IMG/VR virus record: IMGVR_UViG_3300024996_000121
Coordinates: 1 to 34,644 of that record
Strand: one strand, 5' to 3'
Length of the DNA: 34,644 nt
Origin: a virus
Taxonomy: Duplodnaviria; Caudoviricetes
The translations under genes and the position numbers were made by a program. Positions within the stretch are counted from its first letter, which is position 1. Each line of letters starts with the position of its first letter. The notes below the pieces were generated by a model. It saw only the letters and a list, made by a program, of their open reading frames with translations. It searched no databases and had not been told where the DNA came from. This document shows positions 16,856 through 26,731 of this stretch, in pieces.

Positions 16856-17253
16856 TGCAGTGGCAGGACATTGGTCAGCTCGCCGCCGTGATATCTGCGA
16901 TCTGCGCGATCGTGGCTGCCACGGTGAGCGTGCTGATATGGCGCAAGGCGCGCGCCGGCGATCTATCCAAGCAGATCAGTGACGGGGACCGCGATGTGAA
17001 GAAGCACACCGATCGATCCGTCGCCGGCGTCAACCAGCGGTTGTCAACGATGGACGCGCGAATGAGCGGGGTCGAAGACGGCGTAGCTCGCATCGAGCAG
17101 CAACAACAGCACAACCTCACCGCGCGCGACCTGGGTGCAGTACACGAAAAGATCAACCGACTGGCCGAGAACCTCGCAGCCAACACCGCCTCGACGCAGG
17201 GCATGCGCGAGCAGCTCGGCGTCATCCATCGCCTACTGATGAGCAAGCCATGA
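16855..17253 (+). CDS. membrane-anchored coiled-coil protein (Mu gp25-like position)
   Basis: N-terminal TM, coiled coil, synteny. Confidence 0.7.
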   Translation: MQWQDIGQLAAVISAICAIVAATVSVLIWRKARAGDLSKQISDGDRDVKKHTDRSVAGVNQRLSTMDARMSGVEDGVARIEQQQQHNLTARDLGAVHEKINRLAENLAANTASTQGMREQLGVIHRLLMSKP

Positions 17254-17540
17254 ATATCGTCGAAGAACAGGGCAAGTTCCGCCGCGGCCGCATCCTGCGG
17301 ATCCTCGCCGAGAGCAACAGCCAGGGCGCCAGCGCGCCGCTGATCCGCTCGATGGTGCGCAGCTGGGGTTACAAGGCCGACAGCGACACGGTGGCGATCG
17401 ACCTGGCCTGGCTGAGCCGCCACGGCTTTGCCACGCTGCGCGAGGTGGGTGGCATCGAGATGTCGTGCATTACCCAGAGCGGCCGCGAGATCGTCTGTGG
17501 CGATTTGACGGTGCCGGGCGTCGCCCTGCTGGATGATTGA
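17250..17540 (+). CDS. Mu gp26-like small winged-helix protein
   Basis: RRGRILRILAE, DLAWL, VPGV motifs; synteny. Confidence 0.8.
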   Translation: MNIVEEQGKFRRGRILRILAESNSQGASAPLIRSMVRSWGYKADSDTVAIDLAWLSRHGFATLREVGGIEMSCITQSGREIVCGDLTVPGVALLDD

Positions 17541-17541
17541 C

Positions 17542-18117
17542 ATGGGGCGCCGATCCTCCATCGAGCAGCTGCCGAAGGAACTGGCAGACCTGTGCCACCG
17601 CCTGATTCGCGACGGGCGCACGATCCACGAGATCACCGACGCGCTGAACGGCCTTGATGCCGACGTGAGCAAGTCGGCAGTGGGCCGCTACGTGAAGGGC
17701 GCGCGCGCGCAGATGGAGCACTACCGCGAGGCTCAGGCGGTGGCCGGCCAATGGGTGAGCCAGTTGAGCGAGGATCCCGGCAGCGACGTGAGCGCGCTCC
17801 TGGCGGAAATGCTCAAGACGGTCGCCTTCCGCACCATCGCCGACATCGGCAGCGAGGATGGTCCCTTGGGCAAGGACGGCAAGCCGGCGCGGCCCAAGGC
17901 GATGGACATCATGCTGCTCGCCAAGTCGATCCGCGACATGGAAGCGTCGACGAAGGCGAGCATGGAGCGCCGCGAGAAGATCGAGCGCCAGGCGCTGGAG
18001 CGCCAAGCCAAGGCCGCCGAAAAGGTGGCGAAGAAGCAAGGCATGTCGTCCGAGCATTGGGCGCAGCTGCGCGCGCAGTTCCTCGGCATCCCAGTCGAGG
18101 GTGAGGTTACGCAGTGA
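17542..18117 (+). CDS. Mu gp27-like (DUF3486) putative small terminase
   Basis: MGRRSSIEQLP and VSKSAVGRY motifs; precedes large terminase. Confidence 0.85.
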   Translation: MGRRSSIEQLPKELADLCHRLIRDGRTIHEITDALNGLDADVSKSAVGRYVKGARAQMEHYREAQAVAGQWVSQLSEDPGSDVSALLAEMLKTVAFRTIADIGSEDGPLGKDGKPARPKAMDIMLLAKSIRDMEASTKASMERREKIERQALERQAKAAEKVAKKQGMSSEHWAQLRAQFLGIPVEGEVTQ

Positions 18118-19778
18118 CGCCGGAGGAACGCGAAGAAGCCCTGCACCTGGTCGCCGAGAAACAGGCCGAGCGGGCGGGCGTGGCATTGGCGCAGGCGCCG
18201 GCCTCTGAGATCCCCAGCATCCTGTTGCCCTACCAGGTGCGCTGGCACCTGGACACTGCTGACGTGCGCATCTGTGACAAGGGCCGGCGCATCGGTTTCA
18301 CCTGGGGCGCCTGGGCGCCGGAGGCCGTGGGCGAAGCGGCCCGCGACCAGGGGGGCATGGACCAGTTCTACATGGGCTACAACCAGGGCATGGCCGCCGA
18401 ATTCATCGGCGACTGCGCGAACTTCGCGCGTTGGTTCGGCGTGGCCTGCAGCCAGATTGATGTGGCCTTCGAGAAGGCGATCATCGACAACGAGCGCCGC
18501 GATGTGGTGCGCTACAAGATCACGCTGGCGAGCCACCACAAGATCGAGGCGCTTTCCGCCATGCCGTACAACTGGCGCGGACGCCAAGGCCACGCTCGGA
18601 TCGACGAGGCGGGGCACATCGACAACCTGGGCCCGGTGATCGACGGCGCGATGGCGTACCTGATCTGGGGCGGTCGCGTGTCGATCGGCGGCACCCATAA
18701 CGGCGAAGACAACCCGTTCAACGATCTGCTCAAGGACGTGAAGGCCGGCAAGCTGCCGTGGTCGCATCACCACGTGCCTTTCAGCCAGGCCGTGCGCGAA
18801 GGGCTATACAAGCGCATCTGCCTGGTCACCAAGAAGCCGTGGTCACCGGAAGCCGAAGCCGCTTTCATCGCCGACGTGCGGAGCAAATACCGCACCAACG
18901 AAGCCGCCGATGAAGAGCTCGAATGTATCCCCATGCGCGGCACCGGCGTCTATTTCAGTCGGCTGTTGCTGGAGAAGTGCCAGGTCGAGGATGTGCGGAT
19001 CCTGCACTTCAACAAGCCGGCCAACTTCGTTCTAGATCCGGACCGCCTGCGCATCACCCAGGAGTGGGTCGACGATGTACTGCAACCTGCAGTACAGGCG
19101 CTGCCACAAGACAGGCGAACCGTCTTCGGCCAGGACTTCGCCCGCGACGGCGACCTGTCGCCCATAGTGATCGGCCAGTCGGTCCCTGGCGGGCGCAAGT
19201 GGCGCACGCCGTTCCGCATCGAGCTGCGCAAGATTCCGTTCGATTGCCAGAAGCTGATCGTGGCGTGGCTACTGACGAACCTGCCGCTGTTCCATCACGC
19301 GAAGTTCGACGCCCGCGGCAACGGCCAAAGCCACGCGGAGGCCGCGTTGCAGCTGGTCGGCCCGCAACGCGTGGAATGTGTGCAGCTCACGGGTGGCTGG
19401 TATGACACCTGGTTCCCGCGCTACCACCAGGCGTTCGAGGATGGCGACATCCAGACCTTCGGTGACGAAGACTGGATTGCCGACCACCGCAGCGTGGTCC
19501 TGGTGAAGGGCTCGCCGCGGATGAGCGATGCGCGCACCAAGGGTAGCGACGGCGGCGATCGCCACGGCGATACCGCGGTCGCCGGCCTGATGATGTGGGC
19601 CGCCGCGCGCGAGGAAGCAGCACCCGCTGCCGGTGAAACAGTCGACGCCGATCAGGACACCTACCGCGCTGGCGGCTTTGGTCGCCGTGCATCGGCCATG
19701 TTCGGAAATCGGGCCGACGCCCAACGCGGCCCTGTAAGCCGCTCGGAGCGTCTGGGCCGCCACGATGGGACACGGTGA
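18114..19778 (+). CDS. terminase large subunit (Mu gp28-like)
   Basis: LLPYQVRW, KGRRIGFTW, RIDEAG, GQDFARDGD, RHGDTAVA. Confidence 0.95.
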   Translation: MTPEEREEALHLVAEKQAERAGVALAQAPASEIPSILLPYQVRWHLDTADVRICDKGRRIGFTWGAWAPEAVGEAARDQGGMDQFYMGYNQGMAAEFIGDCANFARWFGVACSQIDVAFEKAIIDNERRDVVRYKITLASHHKIEALSAMPYNWRGRQGHARIDEAGHIDNLGPVIDGAMAYLIWGGRVSIGGTHNGEDNPFNDLLKDVKAGKLPWSHHHVPFSQAVREGLYKRICLVTKKPWSPEAEAAFIADVRSKYRTNEAADEELECIPMRGTGVYFSRLLLEKCQVEDVRILHFNKPANFVLDPDRLRITQEWVDDVLQPAVQALPQDRRTVFGQDFARDGDLSPIVIGQSVPGGRKWRTPFRIELRKIPFDCQKLIVAWLLTNLPLFHHAKFDARGNGQSHAEAALQLVGPQRVECVQLTGGWYDTWFPRYHQAFEDGDIQTFGDEDWIADHRSVVLVKGSPRMSDARTKGSDGGDRHGDTAVAGLMMWAAAREEAAPAAGETVDADQDTYRAGGFGRRASAMFGNRADAQRGPVSRSERLGRHDGTR

Positions 19779-19782
19779 GGCC

Positions 19783-21282
19783 ATGAACAGCGCTGCGAAA
19801 ATTCACGAAAAGTCTGAGGGCGGTTTTTGGTCCCGTCTCGCGGGTGTATTCGGCGGATCGACCACCGAAACGGCCAAAGAAGCCGCGAAACCGCTGCGCG
19901 AAGCCTCTGGTGCCACCGTGGACGCCGACGACGATCAATGGCGGCGGCTGACCGCGGACGGCAACCGCGACCTGGCACCGATGACCCAAGACCGCATGCA
20001 ACGTCTGGCGCATTACCAGTGGGAGACGAACCTGCTCGCCAACCGCTTGGTCGAGCTCGTCGTGGCTTACCTGCTGGCCGGTGGCGTCAAGCTGACGATT
20101 GCCGACGATGATGCGCAAGCAGCGCTGAACCGACACTGGGACGATGGCCTGAATGCCTGGGACCTGAAGCTGCCCAAACGCGTACGTGAGCTGGGCCTGT
20201 TCGGCGAGCAATGCTTCCCGTGCTTCCGTGACGAAAACACCGGCTTCGTGCGTCTTGGCTACCTCGACCCAGCGCTGATCGAGACGGTGGTAATGGACCC
20301 CGAGAACCGCGAGCAGCCGATCGGCATCGTGACCAAGCGCGACAAGCGCGGCGATGCGCGACGGTACCGCATCATCGTCAACGTTCCGGAAACCGCGTTT
20401 ACACAGCGCACACAGAAAATCCGCGCCACGTTCGACACGGGCGATTGCTTTTTCTACCGGGTGAACGATCTCAGCAGCAGCACGCGCGGGCGCAGCGATC
20501 TGCTGGCGCAGATCGACTGGCTGGATGCGTACGACCAATTCCTGTTCGGCGAGCTTGACCGCGCCGGCTTCATGCGCGCGTTCGTGTGGGATGTGACGCT
20601 GACAGGGGCATCGCCGGACGACGTGAAGGCACGCGCAAAGTCGATCACCGCGCCGAAGCCAGGCAGCGTGCGCGTACATAACGAATCCGAAGCATGGGAG
20701 CCGAAGGCGCCCGAGCTGGCGGCGGTGGATGCCGCTGCCGGCGCCCAGCTGTTCCGCAACCACGTGTTGGGCGGCGCGACGATTCCCGAGCACTGGTACG
20801 GCGGTGGCGGTGACGTGAACCGCAGCACCGGTGAGTCGATGAGCGAGCCGACCGAAAAGATGCTGGCCATGCGGCAAAAAGCAGTGGGGTACATGCTCAC
20901 CGATATCGGCCGCTACGTGGTGCGCGCGCACTGGGGCGTGCTCGACGAGGAGCTGACCACAAAACAAGCCGACATGCTGGGTACGCTCACCTGCGCCTGG
21001 CCGGAGATGACCAGCAAAGACATCACGAAGTACGCCAGCGCCATGCAACAGATCACGGCCGCTGCTGCCGGCCTGCTCGCCGATGGCCTTGTGACCCGCG
21101 CAACAGCCTTGCGCCTGGTAACAGCGATGGCGGAGCGGCTGGGCGTGGAGATCGACGTCGACGTGGAGCTGACCAAGGCTCAGAAGGAACTGGCCGACCG
21201 CGGTGGCGATGACTTGCTGGGCCATCCGCTGCGCACACGGCCACCAGCGCCGGAGCCTGCCGCTGACGTCGCTGCGGAGTAA
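19783..21282 (+). CDS. portal protein
   Basis: About 500 aa directly after terminase; ELGLFGEQCF and RGRSDLL motifs. Confidence 0.8.
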   Translation: MNSAAKIHEKSEGGFWSRLAGVFGGSTTETAKEAAKPLREASGATVDADDDQWRRLTADGNRDLAPMTQDRMQRLAHYQWETNLLANRLVELVVAYLLAGGVKLTIADDDAQAALNRHWDDGLNAWDLKLPKRVRELGLFGEQCFPCFRDENTGFVRLGYLDPALIETVVMDPENREQPIGIVTKRDKRGDARRYRIIVNVPETAFTQRTQKIRATFDTGDCFFYRVNDLSSSTRGRSDLLAQIDWLDAYDQFLFGELDRAGFMRAFVWDVTLTGASPDDVKARAKSITAPKPGSVRVHNESEAWEPKAPELAAVDAAAGAQLFRNHVLGGATIPEHWYGGGGDVNRSTGESMSEPTEKMLAMRQKAVGYMLTDIGRYVVRAHWGVLDEELTTKQADMLGTLTCAWPEMTSKDITKYASAMQQITAAAAGLLADGLVTRATALRLVTAMAERLGVEIDVDVELTKAQKELADRGGDDLLGHPLRTRPPAPEPAADVAAE

Positions 21283-21285
21283 CCG

Positions 21286-22152
21286 ATGGATCCTGAGGAG
21301 CAGGCGCGTCGCTTCGCTGCTGCGGCGAAGGCCGAGGCCAAGCGGCTGCCCCGCATCCAGGCCGATACGCTAGGTGAGATCGTCAAGCAGCTGCACATCG
21401 CAGAAGGCCGCACGATCATCGCGCTGCAGGCGCACCCCACAGAAGCCGCGCAACGCCGTCTGCGCCAGCTGCTGGCAGAGTTGGAACGCACGATCGAGGA
21501 TTTCCGCGTAGCCACCACCAGTGCGGCTACCCAGGGCGCGGACCAGGGCTGGCAGGCCGGCATTCGAACGATCAGTGCGCCGTTCGACGCGGCTGGCGTG
21601 TCCGTGCTGGGCGCCCGCATCAACGCAGGCGCGCTGCTGGCCACCAAAAAGTTCATGACTGATCGCATCGAAGACATCAGCCTGCGCGCGCTCAACCGGC
21701 TCAACGCAGCACTGACACAGCAGATCATCGGCGCCGCCCCGCTTGCCGACACGATCACCCAGGTGCAGGAGATCATGGGCGGCGTGCCGCGGCAGCGCGC
21801 AATGACCGTGGCCTATACCGAGATCGGCCGCGTGCATTCGGTGGCCCAGGATGAGTCACTGCAGCAAGCCGGCGACGTGGTTCCGAACCTGCACAAACGC
21901 TGGCTGAAAAGTGGCAAGCTGCACCCCCGCGAATCGCATGTCGCGGCACACAATCAGATCCGGCGTTACGATGAAGCGTACGTGGTCGGCGGTGAGTCGT
22001 TGCGGTATCCACGCGACCCGAACGGCTCGGCTGGCAACACGATCAACTGCGGCTGCCTGAGCATTCCGGTCGTCGATGGTTCGAGCTTCGGCGCCAGCAC
22101 CATCCGCCTGAGTCCGCAAGGCGGCATACGCAAGCTTCCCACCTCCGCCTGA
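21286..22152 (+). CDS. head morphogenesis protein (Mu F / SPP1 gp7 family)
   Basis: AYTEIGR, KRWLKSG, RESHVAAH, LRYPRDP, TINCGC. Confidence 0.9.
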   Translation: MDPEEQARRFAAAAKAEAKRLPRIQADTLGEIVKQLHIAEGRTIIALQAHPTEAAQRRLRQLLAELERTIEDFRVATTSAATQGADQGWQAGIRTISAPFDAAGVSVLGARINAGALLATKKFMTDRIEDISLRALNRLNAALTQQIIGAAPLADTITQVQEIMGGVPRQRAMTVAYTEIGRVHSVAQDESLQQAGDVVPNLHKRWLKSGKLHPRESHVAAHNQIRRYDEAYVVGGESLRYPRDPNGSAGNTINCGCLSIPVVDGSSFGASTIRLSPQGGIRKLPTSA

Positions 22153-22165
22153 TAGAGCGGAGGCG

Positions 22166-22211
22166 TTAGTAGCGCGCGCTAAAAGACTGGGCGACAACAA
22201 CAAGGCAAATT
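22166..22211 (+). promoter_or_regulatory. putative Mor-activated late promoter (head/tail operon)
   Basis: TTAGTAGCGCGCGCTAAAAGAC matches the 15073 motif. Confidence 0.7.
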
Positions 22212-22262
22212 CACTCCACACCGCGCTTTCGGCGCGTACCGCGCATGCGATTGGAGATGACG

Positions 22263-22514
22263 ATGCCTCAAAAGTTGAGCGATGCGGACCAGGCTGCGGC
22301 TGACAAGGCTGAGGCCGAACGGCCCGCAGCCGAGGACCAAGCTGTTGATCGACCGATCGGCACCCGCGATGCGCCGAGCAAGGCCACCACGAAGGCCAGG
22401 CTGGCAAAGATCGGTGTGGAGGTTCTCGCCGAAGCGAAGGTCGCCGAGGGCCTGATCTGTCGCGTGCTGCAGGACGCGAAGCGTGTGTGGAAGGAATTCT
22501 TCCATGAAGCTTAA
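22263..22514 (+). CDS. small hypothetical protein
   Basis: GGAG RBS; overlaps capsid gene start. Confidence 0.55.
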   Translation: MPQKLSDADQAAADKAEAERPAAEDQAVDRPIGTRDAPSKATTKARLAKIGVEVLAEAKVAEGLICRVLQDAKRVWKEFFHEA

Positions 22515-24840
22515 GCCGATCCCGGCGGCGGGCATCGTCGGCGAGGCCGCGCTGCGTGAGGCGGCGGCCGGCGAATTCGGCCAGATCAGCCAGCTGGTGC
22601 GCAGCGCGATCTACAAGATCGACCCAGCCAGCAGTTATGTCTCCGCGCTCTATGCCGACCGCGCGGTGGTCGCCAAGGACAACGGCCGCCTGTATGCGTA
22701 TCCGTACACCATCGGCGATGACAACCAGGTCACCCTTGGCGCCCCCTACGAAGTGGTCTCGCAGCACGTGCCGGCATCCTTCACAGCGCCCGCGCGTGAG
22801 GCCGTATCCCATACAACCCCGAAGCCCGAGCGTGACGCGGCGGGCGGTGGCGACAAGAACAACAACGCCACCGCCCTGCAGGGCGAGTTCTTCATTGAAG
22901 CCATCGCACCGGCCGAGGGCCAGAAGCCCTCACGCTACCTGGTGCGGGTGATCAAGGCTGGCACCTCGCTCAACAACGTCACGTATCCGCGCGACGTGCT
23001 GCGCGAAGCCACCCCGTTGTTCGACGGCGCGCGCGTGTTCGTCAAGTCCGACGCCGAGCACCTCAAGGGGGGCGGCAAGGACGTGCGTCAGCTGGTCGGC
23101 CGACTCAGCGAGGCCAAGTTCGTCGAGGCTGGCGTTGGCGAGATTCAGGCGGTGCTCGACGTGTTCGAGTCCGCCGACGTCGCACCGATGTTGCGCGAGG
23201 CGGTGGAGCGAGGCATGACCGACCTGTTCGGCCTGTCGATCGATGCCACCGGCCGCAGCAAACAAACCGGCAAATTCCGCGAGGCCACCAAGCTGACGAA
23301 GGTGGCCAGCGTGGACTTGATCATCGAGCCCGGCGCCGGCGGGCAACTCATCCGTTTTGCTGAAGCCCACAACGAGGAAGACACCATGCTGCGCTCGCAG
23401 ATGATCAAAGAGATTGGCACCCGCGATGCGAAGCGGGCCGAGGGGCTGGCCAACGCCAGCGACGACGACGTGCTTGCCGCGTACCGCGAGGCGGTGGCGA
23501 TTACGCCGGAAGACAAGGCCGGCGGGGCCACTGGCATCACCCAGGAGCAGCTGGTCGAGCACACCCGCATGATCGAGGCGCGCGCCGATGCCCGCGTCAC
23601 GATTGCGCAGAGCAAGCTGCCGCTGGTCACCCAGTTGCGCCTGGGCGAGCAGTTCCGCGAGACCAAGAGCTTCACTGCGGCCGACGTGGACGCGGCGATC
23701 AAGGCAGAACGCGAATACCTGGGCAAGGTGGTCGACGGCGCCAAGGTCACCGGCCTCGGCCAGTTCATCGAAGCCGGCGAGAGCCGTGCCGACAAGGTCA
23801 ACAAGATGCTGGACGATTTCTTCGACCCGTCGAAGCCGGCAATGTCGTTCCGCGAGTGCTACATCGAGATCACCGGCGACCGTCGGGTGACCGGCATGCT
23901 GCACGACATGGACGAGGGGCGCCTGCGCGAAGCTGCCGGCGAACGCGCGTTTCGCGAGGCGGTCAGCGCCAGCACCTTCGGCGACGTCCTGGGCGATTCG
24001 ATCACCCGTGCGATGATCCGCGATTACGGCAACCTGACCAGCTGGAGCGACTGGCGCTGGCTGTGCGACGTGGTGCCGGTGACCGACTTCCGCACGCAGG
24101 AACGCACCCGCATCGGCGGTTTCGGCAACCTGCCGGCCGTGGCCGAGGGCGCGGCCTACACCGAGTTGTCCGCGCCGGGCGACGAAGCCGCCAGCTACGC
24201 CATCAGCAAGCGCGGCGGCCTGCAGACCGTGACGCTGGAGGCTATCGCCAACGACGACGTCGGCCTGCTGCGTCGCATCCCGCGCATGCTGGCCACGGCC
24301 GCGGGTCGCACGCTCTATGAGTTCGTCTATGGGTTCGTGGACGGCAACGCGGCGATCTACGACAGCGTTGCGCTGTTCCACGCCACGCACGCCAACCTGG
24401 GCACGGCCGCGCTCGACGCGACCAGCCTGGCCGCGGCCCGCCTGGCCATGTTCAAGCAGACCGAGCTCTCCAGCGCCAAACGACTTGGCATCCCGCTGCG
24501 CCACCTGGCCATCCCGAGCGACCTGGAAACCACTGCCCACGACCTGTTCGCGCGCAGCACCAACCTGGACAAGACCTTTGTCCAGAGCATGGACCCCACG
24601 GTGCATGTGGTTACCCACTGGACGGACGCCAACAACTGGTACGCCACGGCCGACAACGCCGACGTGCCGCTGATTGAGCTGGGCTTCTACGGCGGCCAGC
24701 AAGACCCCGAGCTTTTCGTGCAGGACCAGCCGACCTCCGGCAGCGTGTTCAGCAACGACAAGATCACCTACAAGATCCGGCACATCTACAGCGGTGCCGT
24801 GCGTGACTACCGCGGCTTCTACGGCGCCATCGTCGCCTAA
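22504..24840 (+). CDS. fused prohead protease-scaffold-major capsid protein
   Basis: Protease-like region (H in AEHLKG, GLSID, SVDLIIEPGAGG), helical linker, gpT-like capsid domain (VTDFRT, EAIANDD, LFHATHANL). Confidence 0.88.
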   Translation: MKLKPIPAAGIVGEAALREAAAGEFGQISQLVRSAIYKIDPASSYVSALYADRAVVAKDNGRLYAYPYTIGDDNQVTLGAPYEVVSQHVPASFTAPAREAVSHTTPKPERDAAGGGDKNNNATALQGEFFIEAIAPAEGQKPSRYLVRVIKAGTSLNNVTYPRDVLREATPLFDGARVFVKSDAEHLKGGGKDVRQLVGRLSEAKFVEAGVGEIQAVLDVFESADVAPMLREAVERGMTDLFGLSIDATGRSKQTGKFREATKLTKVASVDLIIEPGAGGQLIRFAEAHNEEDTMLRSQMIKEIGTRDAKRAEGLANASDDDVLAAYREAVAITPEDKAGGATGITQEQLVEHTRMIEARADARVTIAQSKLPLVTQLRLGEQFRETKSFTAADVDAAIKAEREYLGKVVDGAKVTGLGQFIEAGESRADKVNKMLDDFFDPSKPAMSFRECYIEITGDRRVTGMLHDMDEGRLREAAGERAFREAVSASTFGDVLGDSITRAMIRDYGNLTSWSDWRWLCDVVPVTDFRTQERTRIGGFGNLPAVAEGAAYTELSAPGDEAASYAISKRGGLQTVTLEAIANDDVGLLRRIPRMLATAAGRTLYEFVYGFVDGNAAIYDSVALFHATHANLGTAALDATSLAAARLAMFKQTELSSAKRLGIPLRHLAIPSDLETTAHDLFARSTNLDKTFVQSMDPTVHVVTHWTDANNWYATADNADVPLIELGFYGGQQDPELFVQDQPTSGSVFSNDKITYKIRHIYSGAVRDYRGFYGAIVA

Positions 24841-24852
24841 CCAGTGCGTGCC

Positions 24853-24874
24853 TGGCCACGGATGGCCATCTTTT
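24853..24874 (+). terminator. putative intrinsic terminator after capsid gene
   Basis: TGGCCA-CGGA-TGGCCA hairpin followed by TCTTTT. Confidence 0.5.
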
Positions 24875-24897
24875 CCTGATCGACAACGACCTGACCA

Positions 24898-25584
24898 ATG
24901 CCCCTGGCCGATTATCAAACGCGTGTGGATGACCTGGTGCGCGATCGCGACAATGTCATATCCGATCCGCAGCGCGACGCCGCGATCGATACGGCGCTCG
25001 CGGTTTATTCGGCAGACCGGCCGCGCCAAGTCGTGGTCGACGTTACATCCGGTGGCGGCCAGCGTATCGACCTGCCGGCCGGTTGGGTCGATGACAGCTC
25101 CACCCTCGTCGCCGTCGAGTTTCCCATTGACCAGGTGCCCGCCAGCGAATTGCCGTTGGCGGACGTGCGCATCTACAACGCGCCGAGCGGCCGCAAGATC
25201 GAGTTGCCGATCCCCACGGCCGATGGCGACGTGCTGCGGCTGACCTATACCGCGGCGCAGCTGCTCGATGCCACCGACGACACGGTGCCATTGCATCACC
25301 GTAACGCGGTGGCCAGCCTGGCCGCCAGCCTGCTGTGTACGCAGCTGGCCATCTATTACGCAACAGAGGGCGAGCCGAGCATCGCCGCCGACACGGTCGA
25401 CCGCAAAAACAAAAGTGACCGCTTCCGGCTGCTGGCAAAAGACCTTGCTGCGGCCTATTCGCGCGTCGTCGGCTCGCCGCCGAGCGATCGCAACAAGGGC
25501 GCCAGCGTGACCGTGCCAATGGAGCGCAACAACGCGCTGGGCGGCAAGCGCCTGTTCCATCCCACCCGCGATTGGCCCCGCTGA
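24898..25584 (+). CDS. probable head-tail connector/adaptor
   Basis: Position after capsid; 228 aa. Confidence 0.6.
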   Translation: MPLADYQTRVDDLVRDRDNVISDPQRDAAIDTALAVYSADRPRQVVVDVTSGGGQRIDLPAGWVDDSSTLVAVEFPIDQVPASELPLADVRIYNAPSGRKIELPIPTADGDVLRLTYTAAQLLDATDDTVPLHHRNAVASLAASLLCTQLAIYYATEGEPSIAADTVDRKNKSDRFRLLAKDLAAAYSRVVGSPPSDRNKGASVTVPMERNNALGGKRLFHPTRDWPR

Positions 25585-26105
25585 TGGATATCGTCGTCGA
25601 CACCAGCCAGGTCGCGCAGCTCGCGGAGCTGTGGCAGCGCGCGCCGGACATCACCCGCCAGGAAATGCTGCGCACGATCACGGAGTGCGACCTGCTGACC
25701 CAGGGCGAGCTGATGCAATCGTTGCCGCGCGGCGCCGGCGGCGTGCATGGTGTCGGTCTGGCCGGCACGATCTTTCGCGAAGAGCAGCCTTTGGCAGACA
25801 ACGTGCTCGGCCTGGTCGCCACGAAAGAGCCGTACGCCGAGTACCTGGAGATGGGCACGCGGCCGCACCGCGTGGGGCCGAAGGCGATCGATGCCCTGGT
25901 CGACTGGGTCGAAGCGCGCATTGGCCTTCACGAAGATGAGGCCGAAGACATGGCGCAGGGCATCGCCTGGAAAATCCGCAAGCGCGGCACCAAGGCGAAC
26001 CCGGTGTGGCAACAGACCTATCAGCGCCTGCAGGGTGAATACCTGGTGAAGTTCCAAGCTGCCGTGCAGCGCATTACCGCGCGCTTGGTGGGAGGTGCCG
26101 CATGA
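25584..26105 (+). CDS. neck/tail completion protein (HK97 gp10-like)
   Basis: YAEYLEMGTRPH and RGTKANP motifs. Confidence 0.8.
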   Translation: MDIVVDTSQVAQLAELWQRAPDITRQEMLRTITECDLLTQGELMQSLPRGAGGVHGVGLAGTIFREEQPLADNVLGLVATKEPYAEYLEMGTRPHRVGPKAIDALVDWVEARIGLHEDEAEDMAQGIAWKIRKRGTKANPVWQQTYQRLQGEYLVKFQAAVQRITARLVGGAA

Positions 26106-26566
26106 GTGCGGCGCAGATCCGCGCGGCGATCGTAGCCACGATGCAGACCGTTGCCGACATCGGTGTCGTGCATAACCGTGAGCGCTATATCAAGGATTTG
26201 TCCGGATTGAAGACACTGTATGTGCCGGTGGGCACGTCACAGCTGCGCGGCTGGTTTGTGCGCCGGCAAGAGCTGGCCGAGCGCGATCGCATCCTGCCGC
26301 GCTCAATCGAATACACGCGCTGGCGCATTCAGGGAGTGATGGCGTTCGACGACGCCAATGCGAGCGAGCTCGTGTTCGACCAACTGATCGAAGACCTGCG
26401 CGATGCGTTTCGCGCCAACGACACGTTGGACGGCACGGTCAGCCAGTGCGCGCTGCCCGATGGCAGCGAGGCCGGCCTGCAGCTGGTCGAGGCCGGCCCG
26501 GTGAGCTTTGCCGGTGTGATCTGCCACGGCGCGCGGCTCTCCCTTACCACCCAATTGCTCCGTTAG
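26102..26566 (+). CDS. probable tail terminator
   Basis: IRAAIVATM, LRDAFRANDTLDG; precedes tail tube. Confidence 0.65.
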   Translation: MSAAQIRAAIVATMQTVADIGVVHNRERYIKDLSGLKTLYVPVGTSQLRGWFVRRQELAERDRILPRSIEYTRWRIQGVMAFDDANASELVFDQLIEDLRDAFRANDTLDGTVSQCALPDGSEAGLQLVEAGPVSFAGVICHGARLSLTTQLLR

Positions 26567-26578
26567 AGGATCCCGACG

Positions 26579-26728
26579 ATGACCACCGAGTATCGCGACC
26601 AGGATGGCAAGCTCCTGCGCACCGACAAGGGCACCCAGCCTGCCGTGCGCCAGAAGGCCGTCCCGACCAAATCCACCCCGGCACCTGCGCCGGCTGCGCC
26701 GGCTGCCCCGGCCAAAAAGGAGAAGTAA
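26579..26728 (+). CDS. 49-aa Pro/Ala/Lys-rich protein (MTTEYRDQDGKLL...PAKKEK)
   Basis: GAGGA RBS; fills the gap before the tail tube gene and contains its RBS. Confidence 0.7.
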   Translation: MTTEYRDQDGKLLRTDKGTQPAVRQKAVPTKSTPAPAPAAPAAPAKKEK

Positions 26729-26731
26729 GCC

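Noticed and set aside
22142-22163. Hairpin CCTCCGC-N8-GCGGAGG as a terminator
   Set aside because: No U-tract, so not called; it may still be a weak pause site before the late promoter
22930-25560. 876-aa minus-strand ORF (similarly 19387-21225, 30710-33064, 8674-9921)
   Set aside because: Antisense shadows of high-GC coding genes; no recognisable motifs
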